From an uncultured Candidatus Binatia bacterium (GTDB taxonomy: Bacteria > Desulfobacterota > Binatia > UBA9968 > CAXXLF01): 64,000 bases of DNA. The position numbers were made by a program, and so were the translations under genes. Every line of letters begins with the position of its first letter. Position 1 is the stretch's first letter. The notes below the pieces were generated by a model. That model did not search any database. It had not been told where the DNA came from and worked only from the letters and a program-made list of their open reading frames with translations. Below are positions 29,100-40,096 of the stretch, piece after piece. The stretch lies in contig OZ244621.1 in NCBI GenBank assembly GCA_965218425.1, positions 1,696,001 through 1,760,000 of the forward strand, in the 5' to 3' direction.

Positions 29100-29855
29100 C
29101 TACCGTGCGCTCATTTCCATTTCTGAGACGATGGCTCTTGCCGCGCTCAAAGGATCCTGAGCTTCCGTGATGGGCCGGCCCACAACGATGTAGTCCGCCC
29201 CGATGCGCATGGCTTCCCTGGGTGTCATGACTCTACTCTGATCGTCTTGTTCTTTGCCCCTGGGTCGAATGCCGGGGCAAACGATGAGGAATGGACGGCC
29301 GCAGGTCGCACGGATTTGAGCCACCTCGTGGGAAGAGGCCACCACCCCGTCCATGCCCGCTTCCTTGCTCAAAACCGCAAGGCGGACCACCTGGTCGATC
29401 ACTTCCCCGTCAACACCGACTTTGGACAGATCGCTCTTGTTAAGGCTGGTGAGAACGGTGACGGCCAACATGATGGGATGTCTCAGGGTCTCCTGCTGAC
29501 AGACGCGCTGCACCTCCTTCACGGTTCGATGCATCATGTCGAGACTTCCGGAGGCGTGGACGTTGAACATCTTCACCCCCAGACGCGTGGCCTCAACGGC
29601 CGCCTTGGAAACGGTGGTTGGGATATCATGAAATTTGAGGTCTAAAAAGACCTCTCCTCCCATTTCCTGGATCAGTTTGACCCCTTGGGGTCCTGAGTGG
29701 AGAAAAAGCTGCTTGCCCACCTTGAACATCCCAACTTCCCGGGCGAGCAGTGAAACCAGTTTTTTCACCTCCTCCATGTCATTCAAGTCTAGAGCAAGAA
29801 TTAACCTCTCCCGCATGGAGGTGGGTGAACGTACAAGATCGAGACCTGAAGCCAT
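29100..29855 (-). CDS. pyrF: Orotidine 5'-phosphate decarboxylase
   Basis: LILALD, FKVG, FLDLKFHDIPTTV, VTVLTS, PGIRP, VVGRPI. Confidence 0.97.
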   Translation of the reverse strand: MASGLDLVRSPTSMRERLILALDLNDMEEVKKLVSLLAREVGMFKVGKQLFLHSGPQGVKLIQEMGGEVFLDLKFHDIPTTVSKAAVEATRLGVKMFNVHASGSLDMMHRTVKEVQRVCQQETLRHPIMLAVTVLTSLNKSDLSKVGVDGEVIDQVVRLAVLSKEAGMDGVVASSHEVAQIRATCGRPFLIVCPGIRPRGKEQDDQSRVMTPREAMRIGADYIVVGRPITEAQDPLSAARAIVSEMEMSAR

Positions 29856-29878
29856 AGGCTTAGCTCCTCTTGATTGTC

Positions 29879-31588
29879 TCAAGTGACCAGCGATTGGATC
29901 TTTTGTGCAGCGTCCGCCAACGGCACATCCGCCGTGTCCCCTCCCGACCTTTTACGCACTTCCACGTTCCCCTTCTGCAAGCCCTTGGCCCCTATGGTCA
30001 CACGGATGGGGACACCGATGAGGTCCGCATCCTTGAACTTGACTCCGGGGCGTTCATCTCTGTCATCCAGCAGGACCTCCAGACCGCTTTGAGTAAGTTT
30101 CTGGTATAGATCATCGGTGACATCGCGCACAGTGTTCTCTTTATAGTTAATCGGCAGCAGCAGTACTTGAAAAGGGGCAAGGGGAAAAGACCAGATGATG
30201 CCATTATCGTCGTGGTTTTGCTCAACTGCTGCTGCCATGAGACGAGTAATCCCGATGCCGTAACAGCCCATCTCAACGGGCTGCTCCTTCCCCTGCGCAT
30301 CGAGAAAGGTGGCCCCCATGGCCTTACTGTATTTCGTGCCTAAATAGAAAATCTGACCCACCTCAATCCCGCGATAACCTTCCAGCTTTCCTCCATCACA
30401 CCGCGGACAAGGGTCTCCGGCCGCGGCCATTCTAAGGTCGGTAAAGGCTGAGACGGTGAAATCCCGTTTCTGATCCACTCCGGTATAGTGGAAATCCAAT
30501 TCGTTAGCTCCCGTAACAGCCCCCTCGATGCCTTCCACTACCTGGTCTGCTATGATCTTGAGCTTCAGACCAATGGGTCCTAGAAAGCCGGGCGCTACAC
30601 CCGTGGCTGATTCCACATCAGCTTCGTCGGCCAAACCCGCTTCCGAACCTCCCAGCAAGGTTTGGAGCTTGAGCTCGTTCATTTCATGGTCGCCGCGTAG
30701 CAGGACCGCCACCAGATCCTTCTGGTCCACTTTGTAGACCAAGGTCTTGATAAACAGGCGTGTGGGTAGGGACAGAAAGTCAGCCACATCAGCCACGCTC
30801 TTCCTGCCCGGGGTGCTGACTTTTTTGAGGGTTGGAGGCTTCTTGTTTTTAGGAGCGATTTGTTTTGCGGGTCGGCATTCAGCCTTCTGAATATTGGCCG
30901 CGAACCCGCAGCCGTTGCAGCTCACCAGGGCGTCTTCACCTGAATCTGCCAAGACCTGGAACTCGTGGGACAGGGTGCCCCCGATGGCGCCTGTGTCCGC
31001 TTCCACGGGGCGAAATCGAAGACCACAGCGCTCGAAGATCTTCTTGTAGGCCCCAAACATATTTTCGTACTCGCGCCGAGAGTCCTCTACGTTCGCATGG
31101 AAGCTATAGGCATCCTTCATAATGAACTCTCTGCCTCGCATGAGGCCGAAGCGCGGACGGACCTCATCGCGGAACTTGGTGTGTATTTGATACAAGTTGA
31201 AGGGCATGTCCCGGTAAGAGCGCACCTCCTTTCGGACCAGGTCTGTAATGACCTCCTCATGGGTGGGGGCGAGACAAAAATCCCTCTCGTGCCGATCCTT
31301 GAGGCGGAGGAGTTCTTTTCCGTAAACCTCCCACCTTCCGCTCTCCTGCCAAAGCTCGGCAGGCGAGGTAAAAGGCAGCAGGAGCTCCTGGGCCCCGGCC
31401 CGATTCATTTCCTCTCGGACAATATTTTCAACCTTGCGGATTACCCTGAGTCCCAATGGGAGGTAGTCGTAAATTCCTCGGCTCACCTGGCGGATCATTC
31501 CCGCCCGCACCAGTAGCTTGTGACTGACCACCTCAGCGTCGGTGGGGTCTTCCTTCAAGGTGGGGATAAATGTGGCGGTCCAGCGCAC
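29879..31588 (-). CDS. proS: Proline--tRNA ligase
   Basis: SHKLLVRAG, PTHEE, FRDEVRPRFGLMRGREFIMKDAYSF, IEVGQIF, MGCYGIG. Confidence 0.98.
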   Translation of the reverse strand: MRWTATFIPTLKEDPTDAEVVSHKLLVRAGMIRQVSRGIYDYLPLGLRVIRKVENIVREEMNRAGAQELLLPFTSPAELWQESGRWEVYGKELLRLKDRHERDFCLAPTHEEVITDLVRKEVRSYRDMPFNLYQIHTKFRDEVRPRFGLMRGREFIMKDAYSFHANVEDSRREYENMFGAYKKIFERCGLRFRPVEADTGAIGGTLSHEFQVLADSGEDALVSCNGCGFAANIQKAECRPAKQIAPKNKKPPTLKKVSTPGRKSVADVADFLSLPTRLFIKTLVYKVDQKDLVAVLLRGDHEMNELKLQTLLGGSEAGLADEADVESATGVAPGFLGPIGLKLKIIADQVVEGIEGAVTGANELDFHYTGVDQKRDFTVSAFTDLRMAAAGDPCPRCDGGKLEGYRGIEVGQIFYLGTKYSKAMGATFLDAQGKEQPVEMGCYGIGITRLMAAAVEQNHDDNGIIWSFPLAPFQVLLLPINYKENTVRDVTDDLYQKLTQSGLEVLLDDRDERPGVKFKDADLIGVPIRVTIGAKGLQKGNVEVRKRSGGDTADVPLADAAQKIQSLVT

Positions 31589-31632
31589 GGTATGCTTTTA
31601 ATGATGGGGAATTGACTGGGGCAAGTAGAGGG

Positions 31633-32733
31633 TTAGTCGATTTGGACCGCGGCGTTTTCCGCTTCTTTCTCGGCCACTAACTTCTCCACCTCCTCCATAA
31701 GGGTTTCCAGGATCTGGGACTCGGGAACCTTCCGGATCACCTGCCCCTTTTTAAAGATAAGACCGATACCCTTTCCCCCGGCAATGCCGATGTCTGCACC
31801 CCGGGCTTCGCCTGGGCCGTTCACCTCACAACCCATGACGGCTACGTGGATATCCTTATTATTGTATGGTAGCATCCGCTGCTCCACTTCCTTGGCCAGG
31901 CCCACCAGGTCTATGTCCGCACGGCCGCAGGATGGGCAGGCAATGAATGTGAGGCCCTGCTTTCTAAGGCCCAGGGCTTTCAGAATTTCGAGTCCCACTC
32001 GTATCTCTTCCACTGGATCCGTGGACAGGGAGACGCGGATGGTGTCCCCGATTCCTTCGGCCAACAAGGTACCAATGCCCACTGAGGATTTGATACTGCC
32101 CATGGAAGGGGTTCCCGCCTCCGTGACCCCAAGGTGAAATGGGTAGTCCACCTTGTCTGCGAGCATTCGGTATGCCTCGATCATCATAAGGGGATCGGAA
32201 GCCTTGAGGGAAATCTTGATTTCATTGTAGCCCAGGTCCTCCAGGATCTGAACATGGCGAAGCGCGCTCTCTACCATGCCTTCGGCGGTTGGGCCGTTGT
32301 GCTTTTGCAAGAGGTCCTTCTCCAAGGAGCCCCCATTGACGCCGATGCGAATAGGGACCCTGCGCTCGGAGACGAGCTTGATCACTTCCTCGATGCACCA
32401 ACGGGCGCCGATGTTCCCTGGATTCAGCCGCAGGCCGTCCACTCCCTGTTGCAACGCGATAAGGGCGAGCTTGTAGTTGAAGTGAATGTCCGCCACCAGG
32501 GGGATGCGGATCTTTCTTTTTATCTCGCCGAGTTGTTCCGCCGCCTCGCGGACTGGGACTGCAACCCGCACGATGTCGCAACCAGCCGCCTCAAGGGCCC
32601 AGATCTGGTCAACGGTTGCCCGCACATCCCGGGTGTCCGTCTTGGTCATGGACTGGACCGAGATAGGGGCATCATCTCCTATGAGAACCTTGCCTAGTTG
32701 AAGGGGCCGGGTTTTTCTCCTTGCAAACACCAT
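31633..32733 (-). CDS. ispG: 4-hydroxy-3-methylbut-2-en-1-yl diphosphate synthase
   Basis: VQSMT, PLVADIHF, RLNPGNIG, HLGVTEAG, GIGDTIRVSL, CPSCGR, MGCEVNGPGE. Confidence 0.98.
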   Translation of the reverse strand: MVFARRKTRPLQLGKVLIGDDAPISVQSMTKTDTRDVRATVDQIWALEAAGCDIVRVAVPVREAAEQLGEIKRKIRIPLVADIHFNYKLALIALQQGVDGLRLNPGNIGARWCIEEVIKLVSERRVPIRIGVNGGSLEKDLLQKHNGPTAEGMVESALRHVQILEDLGYNEIKISLKASDPLMMIEAYRMLADKVDYPFHLGVTEAGTPSMGSIKSSVGIGTLLAEGIGDTIRVSLSTDPVEEIRVGLEILKALGLRKQGLTFIACPSCGRADIDLVGLAKEVEQRMLPYNNKDIHVAVMGCEVNGPGEARGADIGIAGGKGIGLIFKKGQVIRKVPESQILETLMEEVEKLVAEKEAENAAVQID

Positions 32734-32980
32734 TCAACTATAAAAGAACGGGTGCAGAGGGTCAACCCCAGGTTTGGTGGGATGAGCTTAATGGCTTTCC
32801 TTGGTAATCCTGTCCATCGCTCACCTGGTTCTTCGGTACCCTTTGGAACTTTCTGCAGTTTGCAGGCATCGCTGGATTGCTCAACCAAGGGGCGAATCTC
32901 AAGGCCGCCGGCAATCCTGCAAGAAACGGAGGGGCGGAGGGAGTAAAGAGGGAGCTCGCTAAACGTAAAATCCGTTGACT

Positions 32981-34498
32981 TCAAGCCCTGCCCTCTTTGG
33001 AGTCAGTGACCCAATCGAAGGTTCGAGTCACCGCTTTTTGCCACTGATTATAAAGGATCTCACGACGGGCTCTAGACATCCTCGGCTTCCACGTCTTTCC
33101 TTGACTCCAGTGCTTGCGCACAGCGTCCGTGTTTTGCCAGAACCCCGTGGCCAAACCCGCCGCATAGGCGGCACCCAGCGAAGTGGTTTCGGTGATCCGC
33201 GGCCGGACAATTGGAATCCCCAGTATGTCGGCTTGGAACTGCATAAGCAGTTCATTGGTCACCATGCCGCCGTCAACTTTGAGCATCTTTATTTTGGCGC
33301 CTGAGTCCTTTTGCATCGCCTCGACGATCTCGCGGGTCTGATAAGCAGTTGCCTCCAACGTTGCACGGGCCAGGTGGCCTTTGTTGACATGGTGGCTCAT
33401 ACCGACGATCACGCCGCGCGCGTTATCCTTCCAGTAGGGCGCGTATAAACCGGAAAACGCCGGTACAAAATAAATGCCTCCGTTGTCCTGCACCGAGTAT
33501 GCCGAGCCTTCCACGTCGGCAGCCCGCTCAATGATGCCCAAATTGTCTCTCAACCACTGCACCAGGGCGCCGGCAGTGGCAATGGATCCTTCGAGCGCGT
33601 AGACCGCCTTTTCCTTTCCCATTTGATAGGCGACCGTTGTAATCAGGCCATGCTTGGAGTGTACTCTCTTGGCGCCCGTGTTCAGGAGTAGGAAACAACC
33701 AGTGCCGTATGTGTTCTTCGTTTCTCCCGCTGCGAAGCAGGTTTGCCCGAACAGGGCCGCTTGCTGATCGCCGAGGTCTGCGGCTATGGGAACGCCGGCC
33801 AGTGGGCCCTGTGCGTGGCCATAGAGTTCGCTGGAGGATTTTATCTCGGGCAGCATGGCGCGCGGTATGCCCATGATCTCGAGCAACTCCTTCTCCCAAT
33901 CGAGTGTTTTCAGGTTCATCAGCATAGTACGACCGGCGTTTGTGACATCCGTAACGTGTACGCCACCTGAAGGCCCCCCGGTCAAATTCCAGATCAACCA
34001 TGTGTCTATGTTGCCTAACAGTAGTTTCCCTTGCTTGGCGCGCGGGCGGGCGCCGCTGACATGGTCGAGAATCCACTTGATCTTGGGAGCGGAAAAATAG
34101 GTGGCTAAGGGCAACCCCGTCCGGCGCCGGAACCGATCTTGCCCACCTTTCTTCGCCAGGTCACGGCAAATGTTGGCGGTGCGCGTGTCCTGCCACACCA
34201 CAGCATTGCAAATGGGCTTTCCCGTGGCGCGTTCCCACACCACCACGGTTTCACGCTGATTGGTCACGCCCACAGCGGCGATCTTGTCGGGCTTGATTTT
34301 GGCTTGCCCCAGGGCGTCCACGATGACCTCTTGGGTGCGTTGCCAGATCTCCAAAGGATCGTGTTCGACCCAGCCGGGTTTGGGATGGATCTGTTTGTGT
34401 TCTAGCTGAGCCGCGCCAACCACATTGCTAGCATGGTCAAAGATCATGAAGCGTGTGCTGGTGGTTCCCTGATCGATTGCCGCAATGTATTTGGCCAT
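32981..34498 (-). CDS. glpK: Glycerol kinase
   Basis: [53 protein letters not shown]. Confidence 0.97.
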   Translation of the reverse strand: MAKYIAAIDQGTTSTRFMIFDHASNVVGAAQLEHKQIHPKPGWVEHDPLEIWQRTQEVIVDALGQAKIKPDKIAAVGVTNQRETVVVWERATGKPICNAVVWQDTRTANICRDLAKKGGQDRFRRRTGLPLATYFSAPKIKWILDHVSGARPRAKQGKLLLGNIDTWLIWNLTGGPSGGVHVTDVTNAGRTMLMNLKTLDWEKELLEIMGIPRAMLPEIKSSSELYGHAQGPLAGVPIAADLGDQQAALFGQTCFAAGETKNTYGTGCFLLLNTGAKRVHSKHGLITTVAYQMGKEKAVYALEGSIATAGALVQWLRDNLGIIERAADVEGSAYSVQDNGGIYFVPAFSGLYAPYWKDNARGVIVGMSHHVNKGHLARATLEATAYQTREIVEAMQKDSGAKIKMLKVDGGMVTNELLMQFQADILGIPIVRPRITETTSLGAAYAAGLATGFWQNTDAVRKHWSQGKTWKPRMSRARREILYNQWQKAVTRTFDWVTDSKEGRA

Positions 34499-34662
34499 TC
34501 TAGCTTTCCCGCGTCATTTCCCTGGTAAATCAGAGATAAGCACTTGTCAATTTATTTCGGTTGCGACAAAAGTGTAGGTCCTCTCCCGTCATATCTATTG
34601 GGCGCAATGGTGTAGACCAATAGTGAGTTTGATGATTTGTCGAGTTGTCGTGATTCACGTGA

Positions 34663-35020
34663 TCAGGCGATGACCCTGGCGAGCTCATCATAGTTTTGCA
34701 GCTGGAAGGGCGTTTCCCCCGCTCGATATCGTGAATCATTCCCAGCACCGCATTACAAAGAGGCACGGGTATACCTACCCTCTCTCCCTCTCGAACCAGG
34801 TGCGCAAGCGTATAATCCACTTCCGTTGCAATCCCCTGCTGTATTTGGCGGAGCGGTCCCTTGCGATCCTCCACCTTCCATGACTTTGCGTATTTATTTA
34901 TGACCGCCAGCCGATCCTCGAAAGGCTTGGCCGGGTGGAGGTCCGGTGGATTGTATTCCGCCGGCAAACCGCATGCTTTTCGTCCGCACAGATGGTTGCC
35001 AACGCAGCGTCCGCGCCAAC
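34663..35020 (-). pseudogene. Frameshifted C-terminal remnant of a ketopantoate reductase (PanE/ApbA)-like gene
   Basis: TEVDYTLAHLVREGERVGIPVPLCNAVLGMIHDIERGKRP; tail QLQNYDELARVIA* in another frame; no N-terminal Rossmann domain. Confidence 0.6.
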
Positions 35021-35025
35021 ACCGG

Positions 35026-38000
35026 TTACGAGGTTTGCTTCAAAGATTTTGGTGAATTGGCGGGTGTGGACGTGTTTATGCGTTCTAATCCGAACAGGCG
35101 CATCAATATTGGTTTCAAGTCGTCTCCTACGGCGTATAAGCATGGAACCAGGATCAAGGTGAGGAGGGTGGCGAAGGAGAGTCCCCAGACCACCGAGATG
35201 GCCATGGGAGAGAGAAACTTGGCCTGACCTGTGGAGAAGAAAGCTAGAGGAACCAAACCTCCAACTGTTGTCACCGTTGTAAGCAGAACGGGCCTGAGAC
35301 GGGTCATGCCCGATTTTAGGATTGCTTCGTCTGTGGGTGTTCCCTCCTTTTTTGCGCGATTGACAAAATCCACCAGTATCAGTGAGTCGTTTACCACAAC
35401 ACCGATCAGGGCAATCAGTCCCATCATGGAAAGAAAACTCAAAGGTTCTCTCATGATCAGGTGACCGATGACGACGCCGTCCAAGGCGAAGGGTATGGCA
35501 GCCATCACGATGAGGGGTTGGAGGAATGATTTGAAAAGCGATCCTAGAATAAAATAGATCCACAACAGGGCCAGCAGCGAGATCTGCGGTAGTGCGGCCA
35601 GGGATTCTTCAAACTCCTGCCGTTCGCCCTTGATGATCACCCGGTAACCTGGAAAACGGCTCCCCACATCGCTGAATTTCTTTTTCAATCGTTCGGTAAC
35701 TTGAAAAACCGTTGTCTCCCGAACGTCCACGTCGGCCAGTACGCTGATGGCCCTTTTCTGGTCGTCGCGCCGAATCTTGCTATTGCCCACGGCGGTTTGC
35801 AGCTCGGCGACGTCGCGCAGAAACACGCGTTGCCCTGAGGAGAGCGTCAGCTTCAGGTTGGCTACCGTCTCCAGGTTTTGACGTGCGGCCTCCGGAAAGC
35901 GAATGACGATGGGCACGTCTTCATCCCGGCGCTGGATAGTTGAAGCCTCCACGCCAAGAAAACCCTGCTGTACCTGTCGGGCAATTTGACCGAGGTCCAG
36001 TCCGAGGGCGCGCGCTTCAGGGCGCAGAGTGATCTGCAACTCTTCCTTCCCCTCGGTAAAATCATCCCGTACGTCACGCACGCCGGGGATCCCGTTCAAA
36101 AAACTTTTCATTTCTTCTGATAGGTTCCGTAAAGCGTCCAACTCGTTTCCCACCACCCGGGCCTCAATGGCGGGTCCACCGGGGCCGGCCTGAAGTTTTA
36201 GGAACTGTATCTTTGTGACGCCTGGGATTTCTGCGATCCCACTGCGGATCTCCGCAATGACGTCATCTGCGCTTCGACTTCGGTAGTCCCCGAGCTCCAC
36301 CATGAGTTGCCCTAGATTGGGCCCTCGTTCCGCGCGGTGCACGTCCAGGACGCTGACCCCCACATTGGTTGCTAAAGATTTAAGCTCACCGGGAGGCAGT
36401 CTTAGAACGACCTGTTCCGCCCGCTTCGCAATCTCAAGGGTGTCTTCAATCTTTGCTCCAGGTGATGTTTCGAAGTTTGCCACGAATTGTGAGGACTCGA
36501 ACTCCCGGAAGAGGACGAATTTTACCCGGTAAATGGCAGTGGCTCCCAGGATCACGGTGACGCATATCAAAAGGGCGATGGTTACATAGCGCCACCGCAG
36601 GGCTACCGTTAGTAGCGAGCCGTATGCCGTGCGTAGTCGCCGCAACCAGCCCTGCTCCCTTAGCCGGACCTTCTGAGCATAGGCGGGGGTAATAATATCT
36701 GATAGATGGGAGGGCAGGACTAAAAGCACCTCAAAGATTGAGGCTAACAATGCAAAGCACACCACAAAAGGGATGGGCTTCAAAAAGACCCCCATGGTTC
36801 CAGGCAACAAGCCAAGGGGAATAAATGCCGCTACGGTGGTGAGCACCGTGGCTACCACTGGCCATGCCACCTCTGAAGTCCCCTGGATGGCTGCCTGGTG
36901 GGAGTCCATTCCGCCTTCCACGTAACGGTAAACGTTTTCGGTCACGATAACGGCGTCATCCACCAGGAGGCCGAGAACCAGGATCAAACCAAAGAGCGAG
37001 ATCATGTTCAGGCTGATGCCATACCACGACATACAAACGATGGCACCGAGCATGGCAAATGGAATCCCAAGACCGGTGAGAAAAGCAATGCGGGTCCGCA
37101 CAAAGACCCACAGGGTGGTCAGGATGATGAGCAGACCTATGAAGCCGCTCCATTTTAGCGTGTTCAAGCGGTTTTTAATAAAGACCGAGAAGTCATTGTA
37201 AAGGCCAATGGTGACAGTCTGGGGCAATCTCTCTCGGAGCTCCACCACGTAGTCGCGAACCTGTGCAGCGATATCGATGGCGTCTCCCTCACGTTCCTTC
37301 ATCACCACCAGGTTGATTGCGGGCTGGCCGTTGTAACGCCCCATGGTGGTGGCATCCTTAAAGGTCTCTCGGACTGAAGCGACGTCGCCTACGGTTAATG
37401 GGTGACCCGCTTCTTTCGCTCGAAGGATGATTCTCTCCACATCCCGGACACCCTCTGCCTCTCCCAGGGTTCTTAACAGGATTTCACCCCGGGCGGTCTT
37501 CAACGTCCCTCCAGGGACATTTCGGTTGTGGCTGGCGATGCTGGCCCTTACGTCATCCAGGCTCAGTCCGTACTGGTCGAGCCGTTGGGGGTCCACCTCC
37601 ACCCAAATCTGCTGTTCACGAATTCCTAGGATCTGGGCTGCGGCTACCCCAGGGATTCTACGCAGGTCGTCACGAACGTCTTTAGCCATATCCCGAAGGG
37701 TTGACTCTTCGATGTTTCCGGCCAGTGACAGGGTGATCACTGGATAGGTGGATTTGACTTCGCTCACCTGGGGTTCTTCGGCCTTTTCCGGTAACTCCGT
37801 GACGAGATCCAGTGCTGCTCTGACGTCACTCAGAGCCTGGCTCATCTCAGTATCCGGTTGGAATTTAATAAATATGTCCGATCGACCCTCCTGAGATACG
37901 GACAAAAGCTCGTCCACGTCGTCCACCTGGGCCACTTCCTCTTCGATCTTCGCGGTGATGAGCTTTTCTACTCCCTCAGGGGAGGCACCGGAATATTCGG

Positions 38001-38148
38001 TAATCACCTGGACTGCTTGACGGGAAAACTCTGGGAACATCTCCCTGGGCATTCCAACGTAGGTTACGATACCGGCACCCAGGACCAGAACAATGAGCAG
38101 GTTGACCAGCACCCGGTTTTCGACGGAGAACTCCACCAGTTTCTTCAT
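35026..38148 (-). CDS. RND efflux transporter permease (AcrB/AcrD/AcrF family)
   Basis: 1040 aa; GLLVDDAVIVTEN, GVVVNDSLILVD, RLRPVLLTTVTT. Confidence 0.95.
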   Translation of the reverse strand: MKKLVEFSVENRVLVNLLIVLVLGAGIVTYVGMPREMFPEFSRQAVQVITEYSGASPEGVEKLITAKIEEEVAQVDDVDELLSVSQEGRSDIFIKFQPDTEMSQALSDVRAALDLVTELPEKAEEPQVSEVKSTYPVITLSLAGNIEESTLRDMAKDVRDDLRRIPGVAAAQILGIREQQIWVEVDPQRLDQYGLSLDDVRASIASHNRNVPGGTLKTARGEILLRTLGEAEGVRDVERIILRAKEAGHPLTVGDVASVRETFKDATTMGRYNGQPAINLVVMKEREGDAIDIAAQVRDYVVELRERLPQTVTIGLYNDFSVFIKNRLNTLKWSGFIGLLIILTTLWVFVRTRIAFLTGLGIPFAMLGAIVCMSWYGISLNMISLFGLILVLGLLVDDAVIVTENVYRYVEGGMDSHQAAIQGTSEVAWPVVATVLTTVAAFIPLGLLPGTMGVFLKPIPFVVCFALLASIFEVLLVLPSHLSDIITPAYAQKVRLREQGWLRRLRTAYGSLLTVALRWRYVTIALLICVTVILGATAIYRVKFVLFREFESSQFVANFETSPGAKIEDTLEIAKRAEQVVLRLPPGELKSLATNVGVSVLDVHRAERGPNLGQLMVELGDYRSRSADDVIAEIRSGIAEIPGVTKIQFLKLQAGPGGPAIEARVVGNELDALRNLSEEMKSFLNGIPGVRDVRDDFTEGKEELQITLRPEARALGLDLGQIARQVQQGFLGVEASTIQRRDEDVPIVIRFPEAARQNLETVANLKLTLSSGQRVFLRDVAELQTAVGNSKIRRDDQKRAISVLADVDVRETTVFQVTERLKKKFSDVGSRFPGYRVIIKGERQEFEESLAALPQISLLALLWIYFILGSLFKSFLQPLIVMAAIPFALDGVVIGHLIMREPLSFLSMMGLIALIGVVVNDSLILVDFVNRAKKEGTPTDEAILKSGMTRLRPVLLTTVTTVGGLVPLAFFSTGQAKFLSPMAISVVWGLSFATLLTLILVPCLYAVGDDLKPILMRLFGLERINTSTPANSPKSLKQTS

Positions 38149-39395
38149 GGCGAAAGATTCCTTGTTCTCGCCACTCGGATGGCAGCTTTATCGCGGAGAA
38201 GGGGTTGCCCGCTGATGACAAGCAGATCGCCGGACTTGAGTCCTTGCGCGATCAGGTGGCGGGAGCCAAAGGTTCGTGCGACGGTAACGGACCTGCGCTC
38301 AGCGGTCCGCTGCTCCGGGTTGGCTACGAAGACCGAAGGTTTTCCGGAGTCGGTAAGGACACTGGAGCGAGGAACGAGGATAGCGTTCGGGTAGGTGCGA
38401 ACGGGTATCTGGGCCCGGGCAAACATCCCCGGCAAGAGCCGCGTGGGGCCAAGGTTCTCCACCAGAACCTCCACCGGAAAACTCCTGGTTTCCTCATCGG
38501 CTCGGGGGCCAATGTAAGCGACTCTACCTTGGAAGGCTTGGGATGATACGCTGACCGAAATATCGACAACGGTGCCGCGACGAATAAACTCGATGTCATC
38601 GGGGGGTATCCTGAGGAGGAGCTTTACTCTGCTAAGTTCTGCGAGACGGAAGAGCACTTTTCCTGGCGCTACCTGTTCACCAAGAGTGACGGTTTTTTCC
38701 GTTATGACCCCGGCGAAAGGTGCGAGCACCTGAGTGTCCTCAAGGGATTCCTGGGCCCGGGCTAGTTCCGCCTCGGCGGAAGCCAGCTCCGCCTCGGCCA
38801 CCGTGTGGTCCACCTCGGCCTCCCGGAGTCCGCTTTGGGTAAGCTCCATTTCCTCTTCAATCCTATGGAGAGCCAATTCTGCTCGTTCCGCCTCTTGCCG
38901 AGATATGAGGTCCCGTCGAAGCAAATCCATGAGGCGGCTGTGCTCGGCGCGGGCGAGGCGAAGTTTTTCCTTGTTCAGGGGAATGAGCCTCTTTTGTCTC
39001 TGGATCTCAACTTCTTTCGATTGGACCCCCGCCTTGGCACGGGCAACGTGGGCTGTGCGATACTTGACCTCTATGGCAAACGAAGTAGGGTCAATTTCGG
39101 CCAATAGGGCGCCTTTTCCCACGGCAGCCCCCAATTCAATTTCATCCGGGATCAGTGCGATGGGACCCGAGACCTGAGCGCCTACTTCCGCCTCACGAAC
39201 GGCCTCAACGGTTCCCAGCGCCTCCAGGCGGTAGGTAAACGGACTCGGGTTAATGGCGGCAACTTCCACGGCCACGGGGTTCGGTTCTGATTTTGGCGTG
39301 GTTGGTTCTTCCACCGATTGTATCAGGTAAACACTTGCCGCCGTAAGTAGGGTCATGGCCAAAACTGTAAAGAACGAGCGTTTGCGCTTGGTCAT
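38145..39395 (-). CDS. RND periplasmic adaptor (membrane fusion protein)
   Basis: VGAQVSG, coiled coil, VLAPFAGVI, TRSFPVEV, LLPGMFARA. Confidence 0.93.
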   Translation of the reverse strand: MTKRKRSFFTVLAMTLLTAASVYLIQSVEEPTTPKSEPNPVAVEVAAINPSPFTYRLEALGTVEAVREAEVGAQVSGPIALIPDEIELGAAVGKGALLAEIDPTSFAIEVKYRTAHVARAKAGVQSKEVEIQRQKRLIPLNKEKLRLARAEHSRLMDLLRRDLISRQEAERAELALHRIEEEMELTQSGLREAEVDHTVAEAELASAEAELARAQESLEDTQVLAPFAGVITEKTVTLGEQVAPGKVLFRLAELSRVKLLLRIPPDDIEFIRRGTVVDISVSVSSQAFQGRVAYIGPRADEETRSFPVEVLVENLGPTRLLPGMFARAQIPVRTYPNAILVPRSSVLTDSGKPSVFVANPEQRTAERRSVTVARTFGSRHLIAQGLKSGDLLVISGQPLLRDKAAIRVARTRNLSP

Positions 39396-39994
39396 GGCCG
39401 AAGACTCCTTAGAGTAGATGCGATAAGATTCTTTCGCATCAGGTCCAAATCAAATGCGTTTCGGTCGCAGAGCCACTGTAGTACCAGCCCATCCAAGGAG
39501 GCCAAGATGCTTGCGGCAGTGAGGGTCGGTTCAACTTGCCGAAAGGATCCACTTCGAGCGCCGGCGTCGATGATGGCGGCAACATCCTTTCGAGCATCGT
39601 CATAGGCTTGGCGCATCTGAGTCTTTAACAGTGCCTCTTGCCGTCCTCTTCCGCCCTCAGCCCAGAAGTCAAAAAACACCAGAAAAAAGGGTTCCCAGGC
39701 TCGAAAGGTTTCAAAGGCCGCCTCGATAAAACGCTCGAGCATGAGGGTTGGTTCACGGATCTCGGAGAGCTCTTTCATATAAAAGCTCTTCAACTCGGTT
39801 AACATGTGCTTGTGTAGCGCTAAGAAAAGATCGGCCTTACTCTTGAAGTATTCGTAGACCGTTCCCTTGCCGATTCCCGCATCCTCAGCTACTGACTCCA
39901 TCTTTGCCCGATGATAACCGTCCCGCGCAAATACCTGCATTGCCGCCTGGAGAATCTCCCTGCGCTTTTTATCTTTATCAACGATAATAGGCAT
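39392..39994 (-). CDS. TetR/AcrR family transcriptional regulator
   Basis: ILQAAMQVFARDGYH..VAEDAGIGKGTVYEYFKSK. Confidence 0.95.
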   Translation of the reverse strand: MPIIVDKDKKRREILQAAMQVFARDGYHRAKMESVAEDAGIGKGTVYEYFKSKADLFLALHKHMLTELKSFYMKELSEIREPTLMLERFIEAAFETFRAWEPFFLVFFDFWAEGGRGRQEALLKTQMRQAYDDARKDVAAIIDAGARSGSFRQVEPTLTAASILASLDGLVLQWLCDRNAFDLDLMRKNLIASTLRSLRP

Positions 39995-40014
39995 TTAGAT
40001 TGTTCTTCCTTTAA

Positions 40015-40065
40015 TGACCGACCAACCGGTCACTTTATATTACACAAGAAATCTGCGGCCGTCAA
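40015..40065 (-). promoter_or_regulatory. Sigma70 promoter and likely TetR operator
   Basis: TTGACG(40065-40060)-N17-TAATAT(40042-40037); palindrome TGACCG-N6-CGGTCA at 40015-40032 over the predicted start site. Confidence 0.7.
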
Positions 40066-40096
40066 GGCACGTGAGGGGGGTGGCGGAGGATGTCGG

